From positions 2,953 through 66,952 of the forward strand of contig JBGVFY010000065.1 of the NCBI GenBank assembly GCA_045121435.1: a stretch of DNA of 64,000 bases, given 5' to 3'. The translations under genes and the position numbers were made by a program. Source of the DNA: Paludibacteraceae bacterium (GTDB lineage Bacteria > Bacteroidota > Bacteroidia > Bacteroidales > Paludibacteraceae). The notes under the pieces were generated by a model that saw only the letters and a list, made by a program, of their open reading frames with translations, made no database searches and was not told where the DNA came from. Below, one piece after another: positions 1 through 9,891 of this stretch (position 1 is its first letter; every line of letters starts with the position of its first letter).

Positions 1-1701
1 CATATAGTAGATACCCTTTTTGCCATCGCGATAGATAGCATTGTAGATAGTACGATGGTCGTTTTTGCGGAAAATATCGATATGAATAATATCGCCACCC
101 ACAAACACTTTATCTGCCACCTTCACAATCTTGTACTTACCATCTTTGTGGAAGATAATCACCTCGTCAATATCCGAACAGTTGAATAGGTATTCATCCT
201 TCTTCAAGCCCGTTCCAATAAAACCATCTGCCCGATTAATATAGAGTTTCTCGTTGGCCTCCACCACCGTTTTGATATTGATATTGGCAAAGTTGCGCAC
301 TTCTGTATGGCGTGGATAGATATGACCATATTTATTCTTGAGCGTATCGAACCAAGCGATAGTATAATCGTTGAGGTTCTTGAGGTTTTTGATTGTGGCT
401 TTGATTTTCTTATCAAGGTCGCGCATCAGTTCATCGGCTTTCTTTGAATCAAAGCGTGTAATACGAATCATACGAATCTCAAACAATCGCTCGATATCTT
501 CACGGCGTACCTCACGAATAAGTTGCGCTTTCCATGGATCGAGTGCCCTGTCCACAAAGGCAATCAGTTTCTCTTTGTCTGGAGCCTCTTCGTAGCCCTT
601 CTCCTTATATATACGATTCTCAATGAATATCTTCTCCAGCGAAGTGAAGAAATATTGCACCTCCAGTTCGGCCTTAGCAATCTCCAATTCCCATTTCAAT
701 AGGGATTTGGTATGCTCTACCGATAGGCGCAACAACTCGCTTATGGTAGTGAAGATAGGTTTCTTATCTTGAATAACACAGCAATTAGGCGATATGTTTA
801 CCTCGCAATCCGTAAAGGCATACAATGCATCAATGGTCTTGTCGGACGAACTGCCTGGTGCCAATTGCACTTCTATGCGCGCTTCTTCAGCAGTGAAATC
901 ATCCACCTTACGCACTTTAATCTTGCCTTTCTGCACAGCGCGCATAATGGTTTCTATAATCTTGGTGGTGGTAGTACCAAATGGAATCTCGGTAATGATT
1001 AGCGTTTTGTTGTCGTCCGACTTTTGGATTTTAGCACGGATACGCACTGCGCCTCCACGCTCGCCATCGTTATAGCGACTAACATCAATCTCACCACCCG
1101 TTGGAAAATCGGGATAGAGTTGAAACGCCTCACCGCGCAGGTATGCCAACGCGGCATCGCAAATCTCGCAGAAGTTATGAGGCAGAATCTTAGAGTTCAA
1201 ACCCACCGCAATACCCTCAACGCCTTGCGCGAGCAGTAATGGGAATTTGATAGGCAGGTGAATAGGTTCCTTCTTACGACCGTCATACGACATCATCCAA
1301 TGCGTGGTCTTGGAATTGAACACCGTTTCCAAGGCAAACTTACTCAGCCGTGCTTCTATATAACGGGGGGCCGCTGCACCATCACCCGTGAGAATATTTC
1401 CCCAGTTACCTTGGCAATCAATCAGCAGGTTCTTTTGCCCCAGTTGCACCAACGCATCACCAATACTGGCATCGCCATGTGGGTGGTACTGCATGGTTTG
1501 ACCCACGATATTGGCAACCTTATTATACTTGCCATCATCTACGCCCTTCATGGCGTGCAAAATGCGGCGTTGCACAGGCTTCAGACCGTCCTCTATGGCT
1601 GGCACCGAACGGTCGAGTATCACATACGAGGCATAATCCAAGAACCAGTCTTGGTACATACCTGTTAGATGTTGTTTTACGGAATCGTTATGCTCTGCCA
1701 T
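1..1701 (-). CDS. parC: DNA topoisomerase IV / gyrase subunit A family, N-terminal ~567 codons (3' end off-window)
   Basis: It is absent from the ORF track because it has no in-window stop. Reverse translation from the ATG at 1699-1701 reads MAEHNDSVKQHLTGMYQDWFLDYASYVILDRSVPAIEDGLKPVQRRILHAM...QYHPHGDASIGDALVQLGQ, which is a GyrA/ParC N-terminal region. Confidence 0.9.
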   Translation of the reverse strand, partial: MAEHNDSVKQHLTGMYQDWFLDYASYVILDRSVPAIEDGLKPVQRRILHAMKGVDDGKYNKVANIVGQTMQYHPHGDASIGDALVQLGQKNLLIDCQGNWGNILTGDGAAAPRYIEARLSKFALETVFNSKTTHWMMSYDGRKKEPIHLPIKFPLLLAQGVEGIAVGLNSKILPHNFCEICDAALAYLRGEAFQLYPDFPTGGEIDVSRYNDGERGGAVRIRAKIQKSDDNKTLIITEIPFGTTTTKIIETIMRAVQKGKIKVRKVDDFTAEEARIEVQLAPGSSSDKTIDALYAFTDCEVNISPNCCVIQDKKPIFTTISELLRLSVEHTKSLLKWELEIAKAELEVQYFFTSLEKIFIENRIYKEKGYEEAPDKEKLIAFVDRALDPWKAQLIREVRREDIERLFEIRMIRITRFDSKKADELMRDLDKKIKATIKNLKNLNDYTIAWFDTLKNKYGHIYPRHTEVRNFANINIKTVVEANEKLYINRADGFIGTGLKKDEYLFNCSDIDEVIIFHKDGKYKIVKVADKVFVGGDIIHIDIFRKNDHRTIYNAIYRDGKKGIYYM

Positions 1702-1726
1702 ATCCTAATAATCTTTCACCTTTGAC

Positions 1727-2068
1727 CTAAATCTCCACCTCTGCCCATGCCACTGGCAGGGATAATGGTGGTCGTTGTTTAGCAACCTTTACATGCACCT
1801 CTCGCGCTTGGGGAAACGCCATTTGTAAAGCGTGCTGGATACGCCACGCAACATGCTCCAGCAAGTCGGAGGGCTGCTGCATTTCTTGGTGCACTATAGC
1901 ACAAACAGAACGATAATCCAATGCATCTTGGATATCGTCTGAAGGCATACCCTGAGGGTCATCTACCCTAATGCTGACACCTACAAGAAAGGTATTCCCT
2001 TTCTGTTTCTCCTCCTCCAGTACGCCATGATAGGCATAGCACTGAATGTCGCGAAGGCGGATTATCAC
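1727..2068 (-). CDS. folB: dihydroneopterin aldolase
   Basis: The 113-aa ORF (GTG start) contains IQCYAYHGVLEEEKQKGNTF...DYRSV, a FolB-like sequence. It begins 5 nt after the upstream small ORF. Confidence 0.8.
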   Translation of the reverse strand: MIIRLRDIQCYAYHGVLEEEKQKGNTFLVGVSIRVDDPQGMPSDDIQDALDYRSVCAIVHQEMQQPSDLLEHVAWRIQHALQMAFPQAREVHVKVAKQRPPLSLPVAWAEVEI

Positions 2069-2072
2069 AGGT

Positions 2073-2240
2073 TTATTCGAGGAAGCGATTAACGAAGATA
2101 TAAGACAAAATGCCTGCGACCTCTAACACCATGCTCGCAACCAATAATGCGTTTACTTGAACACCGAAATAATACACAGCCAAGCAAACTACGCCAAGCA
2201 ACACAAGGATTGCACCTAAGTTTTTCAGTAAAGTATTCAT
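2073..2240 (-). CDS. small membrane protein (55 aa)
   Basis: Hand translation gives MNTLLKNLGAILVLLGVVCLAVYYFGVQVNALLVASMVLEVAGILSYIFVNRFLE, with two hydrophobic helices. A TAnnTTTG box lies 36 nt upstream. It is in a different frame from the track ORF 2089..2304. Confidence 0.5.
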   Translation of the reverse strand: MNTLLKNLGAILVLLGVVCLAVYYFGVQVNALLVASMVLEVAGILSYIFVNRFLE

Positions 2241-2275
2241 ATCTATATTTTTTTGTTATTTCACGGATTTTGCTG

Positions 2276-2283
2276 CAAAGGTA
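2276..2283 (-). promoter_or_regulatory. Bacteroidota -7 box TACCTTTG (small ORF-folB unit)
   Basis: The plus strand reads caaaggta, which is TACCTTTG on the minus strand, upstream of the ATG at 2240. Confidence 0.6.
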
Positions 2284-2331
2284 CAAAAAACTTTGCAAAT
2301 ACACAAGTTTTTAAGAAATTTTTATCGTTTT

Positions 2332-3405
2332 TTACTTTTCCACCCTTCTCCAAATGCCTCCAGGCAGTCCTTTTACCATGCCATTCAACTCCATCATCAT
2401 CAGTTCGGCTGCCACTTCGTTGTAGGGCAATTGTAATTCCATCACCAATTGATTCACATGCCATCCATCCTCTGATTCACTCAATTTGGATAGTATATTG
2501 CGTTGCAAATCGGTCAGGTCATTTAGCAGTTCGAGCATACTCATTTGTATAGGTTGCTTGCACTCGGTTTGCCATTGCATGGCTTTAACCAAATCTTCTG
2601 CCGAGGTAATAAGTTGAGCGCATTGCTTTTTGATTAGGTGATTGCATCCTTCTGAGTTGCTATCGTTGAAGCGACCGGGTAGTGCAAACACATCGCGGTT
2701 GTAGTCCTGCGCCATTTGTGCGGTGATCAACGACCCACCCTTGGCCTTCGATTCTACCACCACTACCGCATCTGCCATACCTGCCACAATACGGTTGCGT
2801 GCTACAAAATTGTATCGTTCAGGCTCTGTGCCTGTGGTGTATTCCGTCAGTATACCGCCATCATTCAACGCCTGCACCGCTACATTGCGATGCATCGCAG
2901 GGTATATCCTATCCAGCCCGTGCGCAGGTATGATAATGGTAGGAATCCCCGCTTCTATCGCTGCTTTATGGGCTGCTACATCTATTCCGTATGCCAAGCC
3001 GCTTACAATGGTCAGGTCGGGTACTTGCATAGCCAAATCCAATACGAACTGCCTGCACCAGTCTTTTCCGCGTTCACTGGGCATACGCGTACCTACTATG
3101 CTCACTACATGCTTGGGATTGACATCCACATTGCCCTTAGCGTACAATAGCAACGGAGCATCTGTACATTGTGCCAATCGGTAAGGGTAGTTATGGTCTT
3201 TATAATAGTAGAGTTGGATGGCATGTTTCTCGATAAAATCAAGTTCTTTTTGCGCATGCTCTATAGCCTCGCGGCTCATTATTTCTGGGTGACGCCCCGC
3301 AGCCTCACAGGCGGTATCATACAAATCCAATACGCTACGCAGTTGGCGTTGTCGCGTGCGATTGTGCCAAGTGATTGCAATTCTATTTAGCCATTCTTCT
3401 CTCAT
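2332..3405 (-). CDS. dprA: DNA-processing protein DprA/Smf
   Basis: The 357-aa ORF contains GLAYGIDVAAHKAAIEAG...YNFVARNRIVAGMADAVVVVESKAKGGSLITA, the DprA Rossmann-like core. Confidence 0.9.
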   Translation of the reverse strand: MREEWLNRIAITWHNRTRQRQLRSVLDLYDTACEAAGRHPEIMSREAIEHAQKELDFIEKHAIQLYYYKDHNYPYRLAQCTDAPLLLYAKGNVDVNPKHVVSIVGTRMPSERGKDWCRQFVLDLAMQVPDLTIVSGLAYGIDVAAHKAAIEAGIPTIIIPAHGLDRIYPAMHRNVAVQALNDGGILTEYTTGTEPERYNFVARNRIVAGMADAVVVVESKAKGGSLITAQMAQDYNRDVFALPGRFNDSNSEGCNHLIKKQCAQLITSAEDLVKAMQWQTECKQPIQMSMLELLNDLTDLQRNILSKLSESEDGWHVNQLVMELQLPYNEVAAELMMMELNGMVKGLPGGIWRRVEK

Positions 3406-3799
3406 GCCATTTTAACCCAATCCACCAAATGATTACGCCCGCTGCTATACCTATGCAATCTGCCACCCAATCCATCCAATCGCCTGTGCGGGGATAAAAG
3501 TATTTTTCTTGTAAAACCTCGATGGATCCGCCCAAAATAGCAGGAAGACCTATCGTTACAAACCACCATTGACATGATCCGAAACAAGCGTTTCCGTCAG
3601 CACTCCGAGACCACTCTGTAGCCTTGCTATCCCATTGTAACATCAGCGCGAGCACCAAATACATAAACGCATGTATGTATTTGTCTATCCCCTGAATAGG
3701 GGGTAACGCCACACTTGGCTCACGCAGCAAACAGGCATATACAATCACACCTGCCACCGCTATACTACGCCAATATATTAGAGTTTTTCGCCAAAGCAT
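3383..3799 (-). CDS. VanZ-like membrane protein
   Basis: The 138-aa ORF has several hydrophobic helices. It overlaps dprA by 23 nt and upp by 22 nt, which suggests an operon. Confidence 0.55.
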   Translation of the reverse strand: MLWRKTLIYWRSIAVAGVIVYACLLREPSVALPPIQGIDKYIHAFMYLVLALMLQWDSKATEWSRSADGNACFGSCQWWFVTIGLPAILGGSIEVLQEKYFYPRTGDWMDWVADCIGIAAGVIIWWIGLKWHERRMAK

Positions 3800-4440
3800 A
3801 AGTCGCCCGCGTCACCCAAACCAGGAACAATATATTTCTTTTCGTTCAGCACAGGGTCAATCACGGCACACCATAGCGTAACCTCCTCGGGCATAGTCTG
3901 AGATAAATGTTCAATGGCTTGAGGGGTTCCAAATAAGCATGCCAAATGAACATGTTTAGGTGTTCCGTGGCTCAATAGGGCTTTATAGCCGACTTCCATT
4001 GACAAACCTGTAGCCAACATAGGGTCCACTAATATCAGTGTTTTGCCTTCAATGGATGGGGCTGCCAGATATTCCGATATAATCTCAATTTGCATCTGAC
4101 CGCGCTTGCCAATCGTTTCTTGGCGATAGGCACTAATAAAGGCGTTTTCTGCTTTATCGAACATATTTAGAAAACCCTGATGCATAGGCAAACCTGCGCG
4201 CAACAGAGTACCCAACACCACTTGATCTTGCGGAATCTGCATATCGGCCATTGCCAATGGCGTTTGCACTTGCTCCTCGGCATAGGTGAGATGTTTGCTG
4301 ATTTCCACCGCCATAATCTCGCCTATTCGTTCAATGTTACGGCGAAAACGCATACTGTCTTTTTGCACATCCACGCTGCGCATTTCTTTCAGATACTGAT
4401 TAAGCAAGGAAGGTTGCTGGGATAGATTGATAACTTTCAT
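3778..4440 (-). CDS. upp: uracil phosphoribosyltransferase
   Basis: MKVINLSQQPSLLNQYLKEMR...LILVDPMLATGLS...IVPGLGDAGDLCFG. The start is set at the internal ATG 4438-4440 because the -7 box lies inside the longer track ORF. Confidence 0.9.
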   Translation of the reverse strand: MKVINLSQQPSLLNQYLKEMRSVDVQKDSMRFRRNIERIGEIMAVEISKHLTYAEEQVQTPLAMADMQIPQDQVVLGTLLRAGLPMHQGFLNMFDKAENAFISAYRQETIGKRGQMQIEIISEYLAAPSIEGKTLILVDPMLATGLSMEVGYKALLSHGTPKHVHLACLFGTPQAIEHLSQTMPEEVTLWCAVIDPVLNEKKYIVPGLGDAGDLCFGEKL

Positions 4441-4466
4441 ATTTGCATTGGTATTAAAATTTTGTG

Positions 4467-4474
4467 CAAAATTA
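4467..4474 (-). promoter_or_regulatory. -7 box TAATTTTG (upp operon)
   Basis: The plus strand reads caaaatta, 27 nt upstream of the upp ATG. Confidence 0.6.
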
Positions 4475-4569
4475 CAACAAAAATTGCACATACGCAAGAA
4501 ATCCGAGCAATTTTGAATAGTTTTCCCACTAAAATCTTGTGTATCTCAAAAAAAAGTAGTACTTTTGCA

Positions 4570-4577
4570 CCGCAAAT
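4570..4577 (+). promoter_or_regulatory. -7 box TACTTTTG (mdh)
   Basis: tacttttg lies 40 nt upstream of the mdh ATG, divergent from the upp promoter. Confidence 0.6.
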
Positions 4578-4616
4578 AGTGAACTTTTTGTTAAAACAAC
4601 TTTAAATACTAATTTT

Positions 4617-5558
4617 ATGTCAAAAGTAACCGTTGTAGGCGCAGGTAACGTAGGTGCTACATGCGCGAATGTGTTGGCTGTGAAGAAAGTAGCCAGCGAA
4701 GTCGTATTAATCGACATTAAGGAAGGCGTTGCAGAAGGCAAGGCCATGGATATCATGCAAACCGCTCAACTCTTGGGCTTCGACACCGTGGTAAAAGGTG
4801 TTACCAATGACTATAGCGCAACTGCTGGTTCTGATGTAGTAGTTATCACCTCTGGTCTGCCTCGTAAACCAGGTATGACTCGCGAGGAGTTGATTGGTGT
4901 AAACGCAGGTATTGTAAAGAGCGTTGCTAACCAAATCCTGACTTATTCTCCTAACGCTATTCTCATCGTGGTTTCTAACCCTATGGATACCATGGCTTAT
5001 CTCACCTACAAGGCACTTGGTTTGCCACGCAACCGCGTGATTGGTATGGGTGGCGCATTGGATAGCAGCCGCTTCAAATATTTCTTGAGCCAAAAATTGG
5101 GTTGCAATGCCAACGAAGTAGAGGGCTTTGTAATCGGTGGTCACGGCGATACTACTATGATTCCTATGACTCGCTACGCTACTTACAAAGGTATGCCAGT
5201 TAGCAGCATGCTCAGCGCAGAGGAGTTGGAAGAGGTAGCAAAGGCTACTATGGTTGGTGGTGCTACTTTGACTGGCTTGCTTGGTACCAGTGCATGGATG
5301 GCCCCTGGTGCTGCTGCAGCAGCGGTGGCTGATAGCGTAATCAACGACCAAAAGAAAATGATTCCTTGCTCGGCTTACCTCGAGGGTGAGTATGGCTATA
5401 ACGACATCACCATTGGTGTGCCATGTATCATTGGTAAGAACGGTATTGAGAAGATTGTTGAAATCGAACTCAACGAGGCTGAAAAAGCATTGTTCGCTGC
5501 CAGCGAAGAGGCTGTGGCTAAGACCACCGCTATATTGAAAGAGATCAATGTGCTTTAA
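4617..5558 (+). CDS. mdh: malate dehydrogenase (LDH-like type)
   Basis: The 313-aa ORF contains MSKVTVVGAGNVGATCA...VVITSGLPRKPGMTREEL...GGHGDTM. Confidence 0.95.
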   Translation: MSKVTVVGAGNVGATCANVLAVKKVASEVVLIDIKEGVAEGKAMDIMQTAQLLGFDTVVKGVTNDYSATAGSDVVVITSGLPRKPGMTREELIGVNAGIVKSVANQILTYSPNAILIVVSNPMDTMAYLTYKALGLPRNRVIGMGGALDSSRFKYFLSQKLGCNANEVEGFVIGGHGDTTMIPMTRYATYKGMPVSSMLSAEELEEVAKATMVGGATLTGLLGTSAWMAPGAAAAAVADSVINDQKKMIPCSAYLEGEYGYNDITIGVPCIIGKNGIEKIVEIELNEAEKALFAASEEAVAKTTAILKEINVL

Positions 5559-6939
5559 TCTCCGCTTGTCGAACTTCGTGTAAGAGGTTCTGACAGCGTT
5601 TTGATAATTGACTCTGATTATTCTCTATTTGCAGAATGGTTGGAGTCAATTCTTTTTTGCTTATCTCATCTTCAGCGAGAGCGTATTGCTGACGTAAGTG
5701 GCTTAGTGTCTGTTTATTCACCTCCATTTGCTTTTGCAAGTTCAGCCATTCTTGATAGGCTTTGCGGGCTGCGGCGGTTTGGAAATGATTAATGGAAGTA
5801 TAGACCACTGAATCGTTAAGCACAAAAAATATCTCATTCTCATTTGTCTTATCTTCCTCGTTGTCAGATATTTGTGGTTGCTCCACAATAGGTTGTTCAT
5901 CTACTTTCAACATCTGTTGCAGTTGAGCATATGCCACCAAGGAATCTTGCGAGATATTGCGCCAATATGTTTTTTGCTCTGTAGGGACAAAGGTATAGAC
6001 ATGCACATAACCCTCTTTAGCATGGCGATCGGTAGCAAAGTAGCCAATATGGTGTATTTCATCCACTACCATTAGATAGTCGTTAGCAGGCGAGTTATAG
6101 GGATAACCAAGATTCTCAGGATTGGTGTAAGTCTCTGTATATGTATTATATCGACTTACATAAATATCGTATCCACCCAAACCACTGGTATCCTTAGAAG
6201 CAAAATACAGGGTTACACCATCACTCAGCAGATAGGGGTAATCCTGTTCAGCCGACATGTTGATAATCTGTGGCAAAGTGTCGGGTTGCGTCCATGTATC
6301 CATCATGTTTCGACTGGAGACAATCCACTTTCGCTCGCCATCTACACTTGCCCATAGTTTACGGTCGTTGCGCTGATTGGTATAGACCATTTGTCCGAGG
6401 TTATCTTGCGTTAGATTACCCGTTTCAGCTGATAGACGGTATGCACTCAACAACTCATTCAGCGGCACTTGTACCGAATCAATGATTTGCACTTTTTCCA
6501 CGCGGCGCATATAGCGTTGAATCTTCTCGGCCTTGCGTATTTGCGCGTGAATATAAGGTATGCGCTCGGAGTCAGATTTGAGCGTATTGAGGTAACTCTC
6601 GTATGCCGCTATGGCTTGGTCTGGATATCCCAAATGCAAATAAATCTCGCCCAGATTAAAGTGCTTTAGGTCGTAGCGGTTGCCTGATTTTTCAAAATAT
6701 TCAATAGCAGTAGGATAATCGCCCAACTCTTGTGCACAGCGCGCATAGCGGTAGAGGTATAATGGGAAACTGGGATAGCGTTTTAGTAGCAGGGCATACT
6801 CGTATTGTGCTGCCGAATAATTGGCCTCTTTGAATAGTTTATCGGCTTTGCCATCGTTTTGCGCGAATAGACTATTGGTGCCAATCACTTGACAGGCAGC
6901 CAATAGCAAAAACGCGATAATAACTCTCTTATTAATCAT
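5545..6939 (-). CDS. exported TPR-repeat protein with TolB/PD40-like C-terminal region
   Basis: The 464-aa ORF has signal peptide MINKRVIIAFLLLAACQVIG, TPR-like helices, and a GGYDIYVS motif. It converges on mdh with a 14-nt overlap. Confidence 0.7.
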   Translation of the reverse strand: MINKRVIIAFLLLAACQVIGTNSLFAQNDGKADKLFKEANYSAAQYEYALLLKRYPSFPLYLYRYARCAQELGDYPTAIEYFEKSGNRYDLKHFNLGEIYLHLGYPDQAIAAYESYLNTLKSDSERIPYIHAQIRKAEKIQRYMRRVEKVQIIDSVQVPLNELLSAYRLSAETGNLTQDNLGQMVYTNQRNDRKLWASVDGERKWIVSSRNMMDTWTQPDTLPQIINMSAEQDYPYLLSDGVTLYFASKDTSGLGGYDIYVSRYNTYTETYTNPENLGYPYNSPANDYLMVVDEIHHIGYFATDRHAKEGYVHVYTFVPTEQKTYWRNISQDSLVAYAQLQQMLKVDEQPIVEQPQISDNEEDKTNENEIFFVLNDSVVYTSINHFQTAAARKAYQEWLNLQKQMEVNKQTLSHLRQQYALAEDEISKKELTPTILQIENNQSQLSKRCQNLLHEVRQAEIKAH

Positions 6940-7016
6940 TATAAATCCATTTATAGAAGTGACTTGAAGTAACCTTCATTCGTATCCGTATGGTGATTAT
7001 TCACACAATCAGGCTG

Positions 7017-7024
7017 CAAAATTA
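7017..7024 (-). promoter_or_regulatory. -7 box TAATTTTG (TPR protein)
   Basis: The plus strand reads caaaatta, upstream of the ATG at 6939. Confidence 0.5.
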
Positions 7025-7179
7025 CTACAAAAATTGCAAATACGCAAACAAAACGCATTTTTTTTCTAAAATGGAGGATAATGAGTGTGACAAACGAGGT
7101 TATTTCGTGTTTTTGTCACTTATATTTTGCAATTCATGGAGTTTGAGCGAAAATATTTTGTGGTGTCAAAAAAAAATAG

Positions 7180-7187
7180 TACCTTTG
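7180..7187 (+). promoter_or_regulatory. -7 box TACCTTTG (fba-CoA transferase operon) with ~115-nt leader
   Basis: A tacctttg box is present. The leader contains small hairpins gtcgccgaaaggcgac and gcggcatgagccgc. Confidence 0.6.
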
Positions 7188-7305
7188 TCGCCGAAAGGCG
7201 ACGTCGCCCAATAGGGGCACATAAAACAAGCGGCATGAGCCGCATGAAACCTTTAAAACTGCTAAAACAATTAAAACTTTTTAAACAATAAATCATTTTA
7301 CAATT

Positions 7306-8307
7306 ATGGTAAGTTACAAAGAACTTGGCTTGGTAAACACCAAAGAGATGTTTGCTAAAGCAATCAAAGGCGGATACGCTATCCCAGCCTTCAACTTCAA
7401 CAACATGGAGCAACTTCAAGCTATCATCAAAGCTGCTGCTGAGACCAAGAGCCCAGTGATTCTCCAAGTATCTAAAGGTGCGCGTAACTACGCTAACCAA
7501 ACCCTCCTCCGCTACATGGCACAAGGTGCTGTAGAGTATGCTAAAGAGTTGGGTTGGGAGAACCCACAAATCTGCTTGCACCTCGACCACGGAGATAGCT
7601 TTGAGACTTGCAAGAGTTGCGTTGACTTCGGTTTCTCAAGCGTTATGATCGACGGTAGCCACCTCCCATACGAGGAGAATATCGCCCTCACCAAGAAAGT
7701 GGTTGAATACGCTCACGCACACGATGTGACCGTTGAGGCAGAGCTCGGCGTGTTGGCAGGTGTTGAGGATGAGGTATCTGCTGCTGAGAGCCACTATACC
7801 AAACCAGAAGAGGTAGTAGATTTCGCTACTCGTACAGGTTGCGACTCATTGGCTATCTCTATCGGTACCAGCCACGGTGCATACAAGTTCACCCGCGAGC
7901 AATGTACAGTTGACCCACAAACAGGTAAGCTCGTTCCTCCTCCATTGGCATTCGATATCCTCGACGCTATCATGGAGCAATTGCCTGGCTTCCCAATCGT
8001 ACTCCACGGTTCTTCTTCAGTGCCACAAGAGTATGTGGATATCATCAACCAATACGGTGGTAAATTGCCAGACGCAGTAGGTATTCCAGAGGAGCAACTC
8101 CGCAAGGCATCTGAGAGCGCAGTTTGCAAGATCAACATCGACTCTGACAGCCGTTTGGCTTTCACCGCTGCTGTTCGCAAAGTGTTCGCTACCAACCCAG
8201 GTGAGTTTGACCCACGTAAATATTGCGGCCCAGCTCGCGACCTCATGACAGAGCTCTACAAGCACAAAATCGTTAACGTATTGGGTTCAAACGGTAAAGC
8301 TGAGTAA
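7306..8307 (+). CDS. fba: class II fructose-1,6-bisphosphate aldolase
   Basis: The 333-aa ORF contains IPAFNFNNMEQ...LHLDHG...GTSHGAYKF. Confidence 0.95.
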   Translation: MVSYKELGLVNTKEMFAKAIKGGYAIPAFNFNNMEQLQAIIKAAAETKSPVILQVSKGARNYANQTLLRYMAQGAVEYAKELGWENPQICLHLDHGDSFETCKSCVDFGFSSVMIDGSHLPYEENIALTKKVVEYAHAHDVTVEAELGVLAGVEDEVSAAESHYTKPEEVVDFATRTGCDSLAISIGTSHGAYKFTREQCTVDPQTGKLVPPPLAFDILDAIMEQLPGFPIVLHGSSSVPQEYVDIINQYGGKLPDAVGIPEEQLRKASESAVCKINIDSDSRLAFTAAVRKVFATNPGEFDPRKYCGPARDLMTELYKHKIVNVLGSNGKAE

Positions 8308-8309
8308 TC

Positions 8310-9815
8310 ATGGCTCTTCCATTTATGACAGCCGCTGAGGCTGCTCAATTAGTTCCTCACGGAGCAATATGCGGCATGGGTGGTTTCACCCCTGCCGGCG
8401 CTCCAAAGGATGTTCCTTCTGCTATCGCTGCGATGGCTGAGGCACTCCACGCTGAGGGCAAACCTTATAAGATTGGTATGTACACTGGCGCTTCTACAGG
8501 CGACAGCTGCGACGGTGCACTCGCTCGCGCTCACGCTATCGAGTTCCGTACCCCATACCAAGGCAACAAAGACCTCCGCACCGAGCTTAACGCACAAGGT
8601 GCACACTACTTCGATATGCACCTTAGTGAGTTGGCGCAAGACCTCCGCTACGGCTTTATGCCAAAGCCAGACTTCGCTATCGTGGAAGCTTGCGAGGTAG
8701 TAGAGAAAGGTGACCAAGTAGAGATCGTTCTCACCGCAGGTGTAGGTAACGTACCTACTTTCTGCCGCTTGGCTGACAAGGTGATCGTAGAGCTTAACGA
8801 AGCTATGCCTGCCGCTATGCGTGGCATGCACGATATCTACGAGCCAGCTGACCCACCTGTACGTCGCGAGATTCCTGTATATACCGTTTCTGACCGCATT
8901 GGCGCAGACTGCGTAACTATCCCTGCCGAGAAACTCGTAGCTGTGGTGAAGACCAACCGTCCTAACGAGGTAGGTGGTTTCACTCCGCTGGATGAGACTA
9001 CTGCTAAGATTGGTGCGAACGTAGCTTCTTTCCTCGAGAACGAGATGAAAGAGGGCCGTATCCCTGCATCTTTCTTGCCTATCCAATCGGGTGTAGGTAA
9101 TATCGCTAACGCAGTGTTGGGCGCACTTGGTGACAACAAGAACATTCCTGCTTTTGAGATGTACACCGAGGTGATCCAAGACTCTGTAGTAGGTTTGATG
9201 AAAGAGGGCCGCGTGAAGTTCGCTTCTGGTTGCTCATTGACTATTGGTGCTGATAAGCTCCAAGAGATCCTCGACAACCTCGATTTCTTCCGTGATAAAT
9301 TGGTGCTTCGTCCACAAGAGATCTCTAACAACCCTGAGATTGCTCGTCGTTTGGGTCTTATCACTATCAACACAGCTCTCGAGGCAGATATCTTCGGTAA
9401 TATCAACTCTACCCACGTTTGCGGTACCAAGATGATGAATGGTATCGGTGGTTCAGGCGACTTTACTCGCAACGCATATATCAGCATCTATACTACTCCT
9501 TCTACCGCTAAGGGTGGTGCTATCTCAGCTTTCGTGCCAATGGTTAGCCACCACGACCATAGCGAGCACTCAGTGAAGATCATCATCACCGAGCACGGTA
9601 TTGCTGACTTGCGTGGTAAGAGCCCAATCCAACGCGCTCACGAGATTATCAACAACTGTGTGGATCCACAATATCGCCCAATGCTCAACGAGTACTTGGA
9701 GATGTCTAAGACCGCTCACACCCCTCACACACTCAGCTGCGCACTCGCTATGCACGAGGAGTTCCTCAAGTCTGGCGACATGCGTAACACCAAGTGGGAG
9801 AATTATAAGCGCTAA
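8310..9815 (+). CDS. acetyl-CoA hydrolase/transferase family protein (succinyl-CoA:acetate/propionate CoA-transferase-like)
   Basis: The 501-aa ORF starts 2 nt after the fba stop and contains GGFTPAG...NGIGGSGDF. Confidence 0.85.
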   Translation: MALPFMTAAEAAQLVPHGAICGMGGFTPAGAPKDVPSAIAAMAEALHAEGKPYKIGMYTGASTGDSCDGALARAHAIEFRTPYQGNKDLRTELNAQGAHYFDMHLSELAQDLRYGFMPKPDFAIVEACEVVEKGDQVEIVLTAGVGNVPTFCRLADKVIVELNEAMPAAMRGMHDIYEPADPPVRREIPVYTVSDRIGADCVTIPAEKLVAVVKTNRPNEVGGFTPLDETTAKIGANVASFLENEMKEGRIPASFLPIQSGVGNIANAVLGALGDNKNIPAFEMYTEVIQDSVVGLMKEGRVKFASGCSLTIGADKLQEILDNLDFFRDKLVLRPQEISNNPEIARRLGLITINTALEADIFGNINSTHVCGTKMMNGIGGSGDFTRNAYISIYTTPSTAKGGAISAFVPMVSHHDHSEHSVKIIITEHGIADLRGKSPIQRAHEIINNCVDPQYRPMLNEYLEMSKTAHTPHTLSCALAMHEEFLKSGDMRNTKWENYKR

Positions 9816-9836
9816 TTAGCGTTGGTACTATAATAC

Positions 9837-9869
9837 AAAAAAGACTGCTCCGAAAGCAGTCTTTTTTGT
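9837..9869. terminator. bidirectional intrinsic terminator
   Basis: aaaaAAGACTGCTccgaaAGCAGTCTTttttgt lies between the convergent CoA-transferase and AAA-ATPase genes. Confidence 0.8.
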
Positions 9870-9891
9870 ATGACAAATTCATATCGATAGC

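Noticed and set aside
2089-2304. 71-aa track ORF
   Set aside because: Its 5' part runs through the TACCTTTG promoter box. A different frame gives a clean two-helix 55-aa membrane protein starting at the ATG at 2240, so that ORF was annotated instead.
5545-5558. 14-nt convergent overlap of mdh and the TPR-protein gene as a regulatory feature
   Set aside because: Short convergent overlaps are common and no associated structure was seen.
8349-9487. 276-aa and 216-aa minus-strand ORFs
   Set aside because: They lie antisense to the CoA-transferase gene and are shadow ORFs.
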